64,000 bases of DNA, from the IMG/VR virus record IMGVR_UViG_3300030049_000016; one strand, given 5' to 3'. Position 1 is the first letter of the stretch. Each line of letters begins with the position of its first letter. Source of the stretch: an uncultured virus (IMG/VR IMGVR_UViG_3300030049_000016). Its lineage: Duplodnaviria; Heunggongvirae; Uroviricota; Caudoviricetes. Under the pieces are notes generated by a model that worked only from the letters and a program-made list of their open reading frames with translations, was not told where the DNA came from and did not search any database. Below are positions 1 to 9,548 of the stretch, piece after piece. A program made the position numbers and the translations under genes.

Positions 1-1
1 T

Positions 2-298
2 TATTTTAATACATTAGTTCGATTTAAAGATAGTAATTTACCAAAGGATGTTTCACTAGATTTTATTAATTCTATTAAATCATTGAAGAATACTATCAAT
101 GAGATTAAGGAAAGAGATATTCATAAGTTTAGAAATTTGATATTCAGTACTATCCTACGTATATCAAATTCTGGATCATTATCAGATATGTTAGCATCTG
201 CAAATATGATTAGAGATTATGAGATTTTACAGAAGATGACAAACAATCTTATTCGTAATCCTTTTTACTATCAATCAGAACGACTAAAACATTTTTAA
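2..298 (+). CDS. 3' end of a hypothetical protein that starts before the window
   Basis: Frame is open from base 2 to the TAA at 296-298 and is followed by a hairpin. Confidence 0.7.
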   Translation, partial: YFNTLVRFKDSNLPKDVSLDFINSIKSLKNTINEIKERDIHKFRNLIFSTILRISNSGSLSDMLASANMIRDYEILQKMTNNLIRNPFYYQSERLKHF

Positions 299-303
299 TA
301 CAG

Positions 304-337
304 TAGTCTGAGAAGGCCTCTCGGCCTTCTCAGACTA
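304..337. terminator. Intergenic hairpin
   Basis: tagtctgagaaggcc-tctc-ggccttctcagacta, 15-bp perfect stem. Confidence 0.75.
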
Positions 338-371
338 GGATATCTATATAAATTGTAATTCGTTTTATTTC

Positions 372-384
372 AGATATATATTAC
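372..384 (+). promoter_or_regulatory. Early (virion RNAP) promoter motif
   Basis: AGATATATATTAC contains the phiKZ early consensus TATATTAC and recurs upstream of accessory genes. Confidence 0.75.
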
Positions 385-464
385 TATTTTGCATAGATAG
401 ATATAGAAGTCTCGTTTGTGCTAGATACGGCAAGGTATCTATAAGTAACTTGAGGAGAGCCATC

Positions 465-1142
465 ATGTCACTTAATCCCGAAGATGAACAGTTCGGCGAT
501 GATGGCGAGCAAGGAACTCCTAAGTTCGCCCTTCCTCCGAGAGAGCTTAAAGCTGTCCCGTTGGAGGCGACACCCGAACGAGTTGCGGAGCTTAATCGTC
601 GAGGAACGGTTGTTGCCAATATCCTCAACGAACTTGTTCGGCAGGATGAGCTCGCAGGCTTTACGCCGGAACAAATCAAGATCCGACATAAAGCTCAGTA
701 CTACCAAGCTTTAGCATTACAGACGCTCAATCCGAACGCCTGCATCACAATTATCGATCCTTTGGAGAATCTCGAAATGCCCAAGAACAACGAAACCCTC
801 GTCGACATCGCCAATTCCCAGGCCGTCAACCTCGAAACCATCGAAGTGAAGCCCGAGATCATTCGACTCGAATCAGGCGAACTTGTGCAGGTCCTGCGTC
901 TGTCGAACGGCCAGATCATTCCGCTCAATCAGCGTGGCGGCATCAACCAGACCACCGGCAATCCCCAGATCATTTCCGTTCCGGCGGAAAAGGAAGAAGA
1001 AGAAGGTTATTCCTGGAAGAAGATCGCGCTCGGCGTGGTCGGCCTCGCCATCGTCGGCGGCGCCCTCTATTACGGCTACAAACAAATCAGCGGCAATTCC
1101 GAAGCTGTCGGCGATGTGGCCATGGCTCTGGCTGAAGTCTGA
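465..1142 (+). CDS. Early protein with C-terminal transmembrane helix
   Basis: GAGGAG SD before ATG 465, GC-rich codons, hydrophobic IALGVVGLAIVGGALYYGY. Confidence 0.75.
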   Translation: MSLNPEDEQFGDDGEQGTPKFALPPRELKAVPLEATPERVAELNRRGTVVANILNELVRQDELAGFTPEQIKIRHKAQYYQALALQTLNPNACITIIDPLENLEMPKNNETLVDIANSQAVNLETIEVKPEIIRLESGELVQVLRLSNGQIIPLNQRGGINQTTGNPQIISVPAEKEEEEGYSWKKIALGVVGLAIVGGALYYGYKQISGNSEAVGDVAMALAEV

Positions 1143-1217
1143 TCGGCATGGATGGGGGAGAGTAACATCTCCCCCTCCGTCCATACAATTTTATTTTTCT
1201 TTATGTGGAGAAAAACT

Positions 1218-1640
1218 ATGGATGACCTCATTGAATGTTATTTGATAATCGATAGCATTCAATTTTATTATACTTCAAAACATGATGGAGTTTGTGTTAT
1301 TCAGGTTGATAATTACTTTAAAGGAAATAGCTACAAGCCAGTAAAGAAAGTTTATGGAATTGGTAAACCCATTAATAGATTAGAAACTAAAATTTCTAAT
1401 TTAGAAATGCCAATAAAGAATGGGTACTTATTTGAAAAAGTAGATAGTATCATATATTTTGTTGCTATTGAAGAACGAACAGATATTAAAATAATTTGGG
1501 ATACCAGAAATACAATTTCATTAGTTGATTTTATCGAGAAGCGAGTACATGCTATTGATGCTATTGACAAGACTTTAAAAAGTAGAATTATTTGGAAACT
1601 GGAGAATGATCATGGGTACTGGCGAAACGCTGTAAATTGA
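1218..1640 (+). CDS. Hypothetical protein
   Basis: GGAG SD before ATG 1218 within ORF 1152..1640. Confidence 0.6.
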   Translation: MDDLIECYLIIDSIQFYYTSKHDGVCVIQVDNYFKGNSYKPVKKVYGIGKPINRLETKISNLEMPIKNGYLFEKVDSIIYFVAIEERTDIKIIWDTRNTISLVDFIEKRVHAIDAIDKTLKSRIIWKLENDHGYWRNAVN

Positions 1641-1670
1641 TGAAGGACGAGGCTATGCCTCGTCCTTCAT
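1640..1670. terminator. Bidirectional hairpin between convergent genes
   Basis: atgaaggacgaggc-tat-gcctcgtccttcat. Confidence 0.8.
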
Positions 1671-1679
1671 TGATATTTT

Positions 1680-2093
1680 TTAAGAAGATGTGTTTGTCAC
1701 AGTACATTTATATCCAGCATTGCTTAAAATAGTAATGATACTATCTTGTCCATTATTAGGAATATCATAAACATCTATAGTGTAAATGGTCGTATCTTGA
1801 ATAATACTAAAACTACCATTCTGAATCCATTCATTGGCAAATACAACCAATGTACCATCATCGAGTCTAATTAAGAAATATGTTAATGTCTGATAAGCTG
1901 GGATAGCACTATTATTTTTTTGTGCATCTGTATTATACTGAACAATATCACGATACTGTTGAGCAATGTCATACTCAACAATACCACGGATAGTACCAGA
2001 ATAGCTGACACTATCTTTGTTATTAACTGATGTAAAAACTACTTTATCTCCACGAATACTATCTGTAACATATTGAGTCATTGTAGATGTCAT
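1680..2093 (-). CDS. phiKZ-like small SH3-fold/virion-associated protein
   Basis: 137 aa; pattern Y(F)LIRLDDG..V.ANEWI...L.NAGY resembles a conserved phiKZ-like family. Confidence 0.45.
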   Translation of the reverse strand: MTSTMTQYVTDSIRGDKVVFTSVNNKDSVSYSGTIRGIVEYDIAQQYRDIVQYNTDAQKNNSAIPAYQTLTYFLIRLDDGTLVVFANEWIQNGSFSIIQDTTIYTIDVYDIPNNGQDSIITILSNAGYKCTVTNTSS

Positions 2094-3962
2094 TTATTTA
2101 ATCTCCGTATTAACCGTATCTGGTATGATGATCTTGGAGGAATTAATGATCTTGGGAAGAACTTCCTTAAATCGTTTGATCATCTCAGAATACGTTTCAA
2201 TTGGCTGTACCAATACAATATACTCAAGGTCTTCAACAGTAGGAGGAGTATCACTATAAGAAAATATAAGTGTTTTTAAAATAGTAGATTCGGAAAGATA
2301 ATAAGTTTCTTTGTTATTATGAAGTCTATAGCTGAAAATTTCTTCATCAAAATTAACATCTATGAGATCTTTTCTATCAATATCTGTATGGATAATTTCG
2401 AGAAGTTCTCTAAAGATGTGTGCGTATTGAGTAAATTTAGTACTGTATACACAGTTTAAATACATATTAGAAACACCATCAAGAATAAATCCAGATTCAA
2501 TACTAGAGAGAACAGCACCAAATGAATCTTTAATGATCTGAAAATCTGTTAAGCACTCATAACGAGCACCAGATATCGTAATAATTTTTGGTTTAACACA
2601 AACTAGCTTTCTATAGAAATTAATATATTCCCTTGCTAAGATATCATCATTGCCAGAATTAACTTGTTTATTACCAGAAGTGAGTTCTTCAATACGAGCT
2701 TTGAGTTCATCGACAAGTTCTGTATAGGGTCTAAACTTATTTCTGTTGAGATAAAATGGATGGAATCTATTGTTTGTCTTTTTATAAATATTATTGATTG
2801 TAATAAACTTGTCTTTATAATGAAACGAAGCATTCCGAATAATTGAATTCTCTAAAGGTTTATCATTCATATAGTTTTCAGCAACAGAATATTTACCAGA
2901 ACAAGCAAGAATAGCTTTGAATAATAAAGCACCCTTTCCGGCCATAACATTACCCATAGCTGTAATAGGAATGATTTTGTTCTTATGTTTACGATTATAA
3001 TTACGAGTAATATCATAAACTTGAGAATCAAAGTTGGGGCACATAAGAAGTAATGTATTTTTAAGTTCTTCTTCATTTGTAATTCTTGTCAAATATTCCA
3101 TAACCAGTGTATAATCCATAGAACCTGGAATAAGAGCGTCTTCAATAACAAGAATATCGCATTTCTTATATATGCACTGAGTATCTAGTTTATAGTTCAT
3201 ATAGTCTTGGTTAAGTGTACCGTTAAACATAAAATCATAATTTTGTTCTTCAACTGTAAATCTCTCAGAGGTTTCAAATGGAATCTGATTAACTGTGAAC
3301 ATACCATTAAATTCTTCAGGTAGGGATTCGACAACATCACAGATAGCTCTAGCAATCTGATGATCGAACTTAGAAGAAATCATAGCTTGGTTATATGCAA
3401 CAAAACGAATAGCTTCTTCTTTAGTAATATTAAAATGTTTAACAAGTGAAAATTCAGAATTGTCTATGGTAATGGCACCATCTTCAATACACGATTCGAT
3501 AAAATCAATAAAGGCATTTAATTCATTAATGATTTCTTTGGATGATTTAATATCATTAGAAATAATATTTAGAAATTTAAAATTCTCACGTTTAATTCTA
3601 AAGAAATGTTCAATGATACTTAGGAAAATATACATAGTCGATGTAGTACCATCTTTAGCTTTATCATCAATTCTATTTCCAATATACTTCAACAGATCAG
3701 AGATGTGATGCTGAACTCCATTAGCATATTCAATAGAACTAATAATCGTAATACCATCATTCGTAAATAAATTATTATATTTTTCTCGATAGTTATTTCC
3801 ATTAAATAAAACAATCATAGCATCAGATGCATCGGGGCCACAATGTTCTGACAAAAGATCTTTCATTTTAACACATGTATCAATAACAAAATCAACAAAC
3901 TTCTTACCACTGATAATATTTAAACTATTCTTATCTCTATTCAGATTTGTTTTTTCTGACAT
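2094..3962 (-). CDS. Divergent chaperonin (GroEL/Cpn60-like)
   Basis: CGP, TNDGITII, KDGTTS (GDGTT motif) and DSFGAVLSSIESG equatorial motifs in the expected order. Confidence 0.75.
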   Translation of the reverse strand: MSEKTNLNRDKNSLNIISGKKFVDFVIDTCVKMKDLLSEHCGPDASDAMIVLFNGNNYREKYNNLFTNDGITIISSIEYANGVQHHISDLLKYIGNRIDDKAKDGTTSTMYIFLSIIEHFFRIKRENFKFLNIISNDIKSSKEIINELNAFIDFIESCIEDGAITIDNSEFSLVKHFNITKEEAIRFVAYNQAMISSKFDHQIARAICDVVESLPEEFNGMFTVNQIPFETSERFTVEEQNYDFMFNGTLNQDYMNYKLDTQCIYKKCDILVIEDALIPGSMDYTLVMEYLTRITNEEELKNTLLLMCPNFDSQVYDITRNYNRKHKNKIIPITAMGNVMAGKGALLFKAILACSGKYSVAENYMNDKPLENSIIRNASFHYKDKFITINNIYKKTNNRFHPFYLNRNKFRPYTELVDELKARIEELTSGNKQVNSGNDDILAREYINFYRKLVCVKPKIITISGARYECLTDFQIIKDSFGAVLSSIESGFILDGVSNMYLNCVYSTKFTQYAHIFRELLEIIHTDIDRKDLIDVNFDEEIFSYRLHNNKETYYLSESTILKTLIFSYSDTPPTVEDLEYIVLVQPIETYSEMIKRFKEVLPKIINSSKIIIPDTVNTEIK

Positions 3963-4395
3963 ACTTAATACCTTCCTTGTCTAATTTTTGTTTTCTTTGT
4001 TCTTCTTCATATTCTTTAATACGACGTTCATTATCTTCTATGATTATTTTTTCTAATACAGTAAATCTATGATACGTTAATTTCATAGTTTCTTTTAAGT
4101 TTAATCCAAACTTAGTATGCCATTCTGTATTGAATAAAATATTAGCTACCTTCTTATAAAGTTTATTAAACTCCCAATGCTTAGATCTATTATGAAAACC
4201 AACATCTGACATATATGGTAATAGTGAATCAATATGAAGAGTTTCTTCATTAATAGCTTGTAATAGCGAAGTTCTTACAATACCGTAAATACCTCTTAAA
4301 TTTAATTCTCGAATAAGATTCTCTTTTTTATTAATACTTGCTTCTACTTCTTCTTGTGTAACATCATCAATCGAGTCTGCGACTGAATAAAAAAA
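3937..4395 (-). CDS. -1 frame extension of the 4344..6005 gene (tail assembly chaperone GT-like part)
   Basis: Frame of ORF 3937..4212 stays open upstream to the T7 run at 4389-4395; ATG 4212 has no SD. Confidence 0.6.
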   Translation of the reverse strand, partial: FFYSVADSIDDVTQEEVEASINKKENLIRELNLRGIYGIVRTSLLQAINEETLHIDSLLPYMSDVGFHNRSKHWEFNKLYKKVANILFNTEWHTKFGLNLKETMKLTYHRFTVLEKIIIEDNERRIKEYEEEQRKQKLDKEGIKYVRKNKSE

Positions 4396-6005
4396 GTGGT
4401 TTCGGGGTCCACCGTATAAAACCCTTCAGAATAGGTTTCAGGAGTATGACCACAATGAGGGCAAGATTTAACCGGATAGCAAATATGAGAAATCTCAGAC
4501 TTACCAATAAACTTTTCAACATCTTGAGGAAGATTACATCCAGGATTACGCTTAAACAGAATAGATAAACCTTCATTAATAACAGATTCTTCAGTACTTT
4601 CTTTATTCACCTTACCATTCTTAACAATACGGATTTTACTAATATAGGGAACGTATGATTTAAATAAGGAATACTTCAAAGCAATATCAATTGAATCTCT
4701 ACGCTCTTTATCATTATTACCATGTTCTTGTGCAATGATTTCAGAAACAAAACGACGGCCATATTCAAGATATTGTTTAATAGACGGAATACTGAATTCA
4801 AATTCAAACTGAACATTATCAGAAACAGTATAACGACCAGTGTCTTTGAACCCTAAGAGTTCTTGATACTTGGTATACATATCAGGAGTAACAGTTTTCA
4901 TGCTCTTAAGATTAAAGATATTATCAACCTTCATTTTACTAAAATCATTACGACGAAGTTTAATGATATTAATCAGTTCAGTGACAGAATTATTGCATGA
5001 CGTACAAACATAAGTATAATTATAACCTTCGGGATGCATAAGCGCCGCAAGTGTCAACATAATAACAGGATAATCAGTAATCTTAATATTTGAAATAAGA
5101 GTGTCTTCGAGACGCCAATTACTCAGATTAGTCCCAACTGTAGAATCTAAGAACAGACGAGTACCTTCTTCTTTAATAAAGAAATCATTAAACAAATAGA
5201 AAACAACACCAAGTTCACGACCATAAACATTAATAGATTCATAGGCATTATTAAAATATGCATTTAATTTATCCATATCAGGATGTGCCAATTCAATATT
5301 AAAACCACTATTCATAAGAGGAATACGCATACAGTCACTAACTTCGAACCTGACTTCATTAAGACCGTCAATAGAATCAATAATACGAATATCATTATGA
5401 TCAGTAGGTTTAACAGTATAGCGATTACCAAGAATACCTTTACCCTTATCATCGATATATGTAGGAGCAAACATACTCTTATTTTCAATATCTTTAATAG
5501 CTAATTGTCGGCGAATAGCTTCTGTTTCAAAAGGAGTATTATTCTGAGTACCACGTACTGTATTAATAAATGCCTGAGCGACAGGATCGGTATCGATCTT
5601 ATCTTCGGGAATATCACTGAAATAAGCATTCATTGCCTTAATAACATCTTCACTTTTCTGACCAATAAAATACCCTGTATTCTCAGCCATTAATTCAAAA
5701 TTAGCTTTATCGACAATATCGTTTTCAGTTTCCACTGAACCATCTTCGGCGATTTCGTCGTAGAAAGGCTCAGCTTCAACATCGTCGATATCATCAGAAA
5801 CAACAATAACTTTATTTTCTAAAGGAGTTTTATCAGAAGAATTATTAGTTTCATTATTTGATTCGAGTTCAGTAGTTAAAGATTCTTCATTACCACTAAC
5901 GCTATTAACCACACCACCACTTCCACCATCCATGGTAAATGTTGGAGTTATTTTTAAAATATCTTTATCTAACAGATTATCAGTTTTGTTAGGATCGTCG
6001 GACAT
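4344..6005 (-). CDS. Putative tail assembly chaperone / baseplate-hub assembly protein
   Basis: Acidic N-terminus, two CxxC motifs (CTSC, CPHC), ends near a ...TTFF slippery site. Confidence 0.5.
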   Translation of the reverse strand: MSDDPNKTDNLLDKDILKITPTFTMDGGSGGVVNSVSGNEESLTTELESNNETNNSSDKTPLENKVIVVSDDIDDVEAEPFYDEIAEDGSVETENDIVDKANFELMAENTGYFIGQKSEDVIKAMNAYFSDIPEDKIDTDPVAQAFINTVRGTQNNTPFETEAIRRQLAIKDIENKSMFAPTYIDDKGKGILGNRYTVKPTDHNDIRIIDSIDGLNEVRFEVSDCMRIPLMNSGFNIELAHPDMDKLNAYFNNAYESINVYGRELGVVFYLFNDFFIKEEGTRLFLDSTVGTNLSNWRLEDTLISNIKITDYPVIMLTLAALMHPEGYNYTYVCTSCNNSVTELINIIKLRRNDFSKMKVDNIFNLKSMKTVTPDMYTKYQELLGFKDTGRYTVSDNVQFEFEFSIPSIKQYLEYGRRFVSEIIAQEHGNNDKERRDSIDIALKYSLFKSYVPYISKIRIVKNGKVNKESTEESVINEGLSILFKRNPGCNLPQDVEKFIGKSEISHICYPVKSCPHCGHTPETYSEGFYTVDPETTFFIQSQTRLMMLHKKK

Positions 6006-6006
6006 T

Positions 6007-6789
6007 TTACACAGTCCCTTTCTTTTTTGGGATGACGAATGATAGACACCTTACATCATACATTTCTACATAATTTTCTTCTCTTACATATGCACCATAT
6101 CGAATACCAGATTCGTCTTTAACTTTATAATAAACTATATATATTTCAGTAGTGTCATTTAGTGGTTTTAAGATATTATTACCAGCTACAAAAAGAAATG
6201 ATAGCTGATTATATTCATTATTAAGATTGAGAATACTAAGCTCTTCTGGCTCTTGTTTATGAACAAAACTATTAGTATTTTTTGGTATTGTTATTTTTAC
6301 TTTAGGATTTAATGTGTTATCGAAGAATTCATTAATACTTTTTTCATATTCAGTTATAATGCTTGATATAATAAAGAATTCGTCACATATACCACAGATA
6401 CGTTTCTTAACATCATCTTTGTTAATATAAATGTTATTATCAATATGTTCAATAACAACGCCATCAAAATTCCACTTTAATTTATTCATAAAAGCTGTAA
6501 ATTCATTAATATAAAAGACATAACATTTATTCTTTTTAAAATCGAATAATTTAAGGAATTCTGTGAAAATTGCTTTTTCTTCTTCATTTAATAAATTAAC
6601 AACACCTATAGAAAATCGAATATCACCAAATTCAAACCTAGACGGTTTTGCATTAGATAAAAGAATATGATCATCCTTAACAAGATTAATATACATATAT
6701 TGTAATTTTCTATTAAAAGGTCTTTGTAGATACTCTTGAAAAATATCTTGAAGTTTATATTTTTTTCGTTCTTTAGGTTTTTTCGTCAT
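6007..6789 (-). CDS. Hypothetical protein
   Basis: 260 aa ORF tightly packed in the minus-strand operon. Confidence 0.7.
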   Translation of the reverse strand: MTKKPKERKKYKLQDIFQEYLQRPFNRKLQYMYINLVKDDHILLSNAKPSRFEFGDIRFSIGVVNLLNEEEKAIFTEFLKLFDFKKNKCYVFYINEFTAFMNKLKWNFDGVVIEHIDNNIYINKDDVKKRICGICDEFFIISSIITEYEKSINEFFDNTLNPKVKITIPKNTNSFVHKQEPEELSILNLNNEYNQLSFLFVAGNNILKPLNDTTEIYIVYYKVKDESGIRYGAYVREENYVEMYDVRCLSFVIPKKKGTV

Positions 6790-7066
6790 TTTTTGTAAGA
6801 TTGAGTTCAGAAATTGTTTCTCTTAATTTAGCATCTACTGCATTAATACCATCATTAAGTTTAATAAGACTATCGGCAGATGTATGACTAGGTTCGGTAA
6901 TCAGATTTTTCATACCATCAGAAGCAAGAGATAAAATAGTTAATGTGTCAGAGGTGGAATCAGTAACACCGAGCTTTGAAATACCATCGATAGTGTTATC
7001 GATAGTCTTCAGACGATCGGACTGATGATTGAGCTCTTTTGTGATATTTGGGCAAGTATCGACCAT
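6773..7066 (-). CDS. Hypothetical helical protein
   Basis: 97 aa ORF with AGAGG SD, first gene of the operon. Confidence 0.65.
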   Translation of the reverse strand: MVDTCPNITKELNHQSDRLKTIDNTIDGISKLGVTDSTSDTLTILSLASDGMKNLITEPSHTSADSLIKLNDGINAVDAKLRETISELNLTKNDEKT

Positions 7067-7224
7067 AGTGTCCTCTAATTTTCAAGATGTTATTCCTCAT
7101 TGGGTTCTTACGGAATCATTACCTTGGAGATTTCAGTCTTATAATGTAATATGAAAATTTATTAATATACTAATAATTAACGAATTTATCTTATAAGAAT
7201 TCTAGAATATATGCATAGGAGTTT

Positions 7225-9501
7225 GTGTTCATGCTAGAATATTTTAAACAACACGAATACAAAAAAAAGCGTACTACACTAGCAATTTCATATGTTCAAA
7301 ATATTGTTTCGTATATTAAAACCATGAACCCTAATATGTCAGAAGACCTTATTAAAACATTTGTAACAAATTATATTAAAGAAAATATGCAAAGACCTAC
7401 TATAGAAATTATTGATCATCCTTCATACGGAAATGCAGAATTAAAAACAGTTGATCTATACGACCATGTTAGAAAACATCAATATAAGCTTATTACTCCT
7501 TGTGGTACTATTTATCAGACTCCAGACATTAAAGAAAGTTTTCTAAAAGTAAAGATCAATAAGAATCTAGCCAAACGTAAAAAACTAAAAAACGAAATGT
7601 TAAGAGCAGGTGAAATTGGTGATGAGATTACAGCATCGAAAGCTAATTATGGACAATCACAAGTAAAGATTAATACAAATGCTATCCCAGGAGCTCATGG
7701 TTCTGAATTTAATTGTCTATCTGATGTTGCTAACTATAATGGTGTGACCTCTACTGCCAGACATGGTGTCATGTGTGGTTATGCACATACTGAGAAATTT
7801 ATTAGTGGTAATTTCTATTTTCCTGATATAGAACACATTATTAATTATTGCATCTGTCTTAAAAGAATATTTAACAGAGAACAAGTAGAAAATGTTGTCA
7901 ATAAATTTAATTTATATATTCCTACTGTTAAAGATATAGTTGATCATTTCTTACAAAGTACCCAATTCTATATCAGAAAAGAATTTATTGAAAGTGATAT
8001 TTATGATCTTATCTCTAAGTTCGATAATATGGAAAGATGTTTTATCTTCTATGCATCGTGTTTAAAGAATATAGTTATGTTTAATACAGAATTCTTTTTA
8101 CCTTATTTAGACAAGTTCTTCGATAGGGATAATTTGATTATAGATAATGATGTTAATATTAAAAAGATTAATGACTTCAAAGGAGATCTTAAAAATGTTA
8201 TTACTTCATTAAATTCTGATCTTATTGACAATTTACCATTAGAAGATGCTATCAAGGATAATCACCCTAATGTAAGAAATCTTATTACTATTGGTGATAG
8301 AATGCTTAACCATACAGATGAAATTCAAGATATTATTTCTACATTTATAACAATTGATATGGATGTTGCTGATGCTATGGGTCATCCAAATATGATCAGG
8401 CGATGTGTCATTGCATCAGATACTGATAGTGTTATCTTTACAGTACAAGATTGGGTAAAGTGGTATACCGGACATTATTTACAATTTAGTAAGAAAGCAT
8501 TTAATATTAATGCATTTGTGGTCTTTATGTTAAGTATGTCTATTGAACATTTATTTGCAAGGTTGAGTACAAGTTTTGGTATCGTCGGAAAAGATGCTGA
8601 AAGAATTATTATGAAGAATGAATTTCTATATCCTATTATGCTCAATACCCCGTTACCAAAACATTATATCGGATTGATTACAATTCAGGAAGGTAAGATT
8701 CTTGCTAAAATTAAACTTGATATTAAAGGTCTTACTTTAAGATCTAGTGCACATTGTTTAGAAACAAGAACCTCTACAAATAAATTTATTGATTATGTAT
8801 TAGATGGTGCAACTAAAACTGGTAGTTTGAGTGCCGAAGAAACATTTATGTTTGTTTATGAACACGAACAGACTGTTTATAAATCATTATTAAATGGTGA
8901 TAAGACATTCCTAACAGTTACTCCTATTAATGAAAAAGAACAATATACAGATCCATTAGTTTCAAAATACTTTTATTATTTATTTTGGTCTGAAGTATTT
9001 GCAGAAGAATATGGTGAGTTCTTATTACCTTCTAAAGGACACGTTGTTCATTTATTAAATAAAGGAAAGTCTATTAAATCGGAAGCTTATTTAAATTATC
9101 TTAAAGAAAAGAATGAGAAGTTATACATCAAGCTTGTCAACTTCTTTGATAAATATCCAAACAAAAATATTAGTTTTATTATTTTTCCATCATCTATTAA
9201 AAAGATTCCAGAAATATTTATACCATTAATTAATTATAGACGAATTGTATTTGATAATTCTACTCCTCATTATTTAATTATTAGAAGTTTAGGTATTCCT
9301 TTTGGCGATAGTAAAGTTGGTACCATCATTAGTGATATTTATGGACAGGATCTTATTGCCGGTACGGTATCTGGAAAAAAGACTGAAGATGATAGCATGT
9401 TAGAAGATGAAGATATTACCAAATTATTAGAAGATGTTGAAGCAGAAGATAATGTTAATGATACAGAGAGTGGTGGTACTGAAGATGATGACGAAGAGTA
9501 G
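7225..9501 (+). CDS. Family B DNA polymerase, C-terminal subunit of the split phiKZ-type enzyme (gp82-like)
   Basis: Motif B KINTNAIPG, motif C SDTDS, KHY and IKGL motifs; no exonuclease domain; acidic tail. Confidence 0.85.
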   Translation: MFMLEYFKQHEYKKKRTTLAISYVQNIVSYIKTMNPNMSEDLIKTFVTNYIKENMQRPTIEIIDHPSYGNAELKTVDLYDHVRKHQYKLITPCGTIYQTPDIKESFLKVKINKNLAKRKKLKNEMLRAGEIGDEITASKANYGQSQVKINTNAIPGAHGSEFNCLSDVANYNGVTSTARHGVMCGYAHTEKFISGNFYFPDIEHIINYCICLKRIFNREQVENVVNKFNLYIPTVKDIVDHFLQSTQFYIRKEFIESDIYDLISKFDNMERCFIFYASCLKNIVMFNTEFFLPYLDKFFDRDNLIIDNDVNIKKINDFKGDLKNVITSLNSDLIDNLPLEDAIKDNHPNVRNLITIGDRMLNHTDEIQDIISTFITIDMDVADAMGHPNMIRRCVIASDTDSVIFTVQDWVKWYTGHYLQFSKKAFNINAFVVFMLSMSIEHLFARLSTSFGIVGKDAERIIMKNEFLYPIMLNTPLPKHYIGLITIQEGKILAKIKLDIKGLTLRSSAHCLETRTSTNKFIDYVLDGATKTGSLSAEETFMFVYEHEQTVYKSLLNGDKTFLTVTPINEKEQYTDPLVSKYFYYLFWSEVFAEEYGEFLLPSKGHVVHLLNKGKSIKSEAYLNYLKEKNEKLYIKLVNFFDKYPNKNISFIIFPSSIKKIPEIFIPLINYRRIVFDNSTPHYLIIRSLGIPFGDSKVGTIISDIYGQDLIAGTVSGKKTEDDSMLEDEDITKLLEDVEAEDNVNDTESGGTEDDDEE

Positions 9502-9519
9502 GGCTTTTAGCCCTACTCT
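9495..9519. terminator. Hairpin
   Basis: agagtagggct-ttt-agccctactct. Confidence 0.65.
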
Positions 9520-9548
9520 CTTATTTCAATAATAGAAAAAAATATACT

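Noticed and set aside
4417..4425. GGGTTTT run as an alternative slippery site
   Set aside because: In the coding frame it reads GAA GGG TTT TAT, out of register for X XXY YYZ; the T7 run fits
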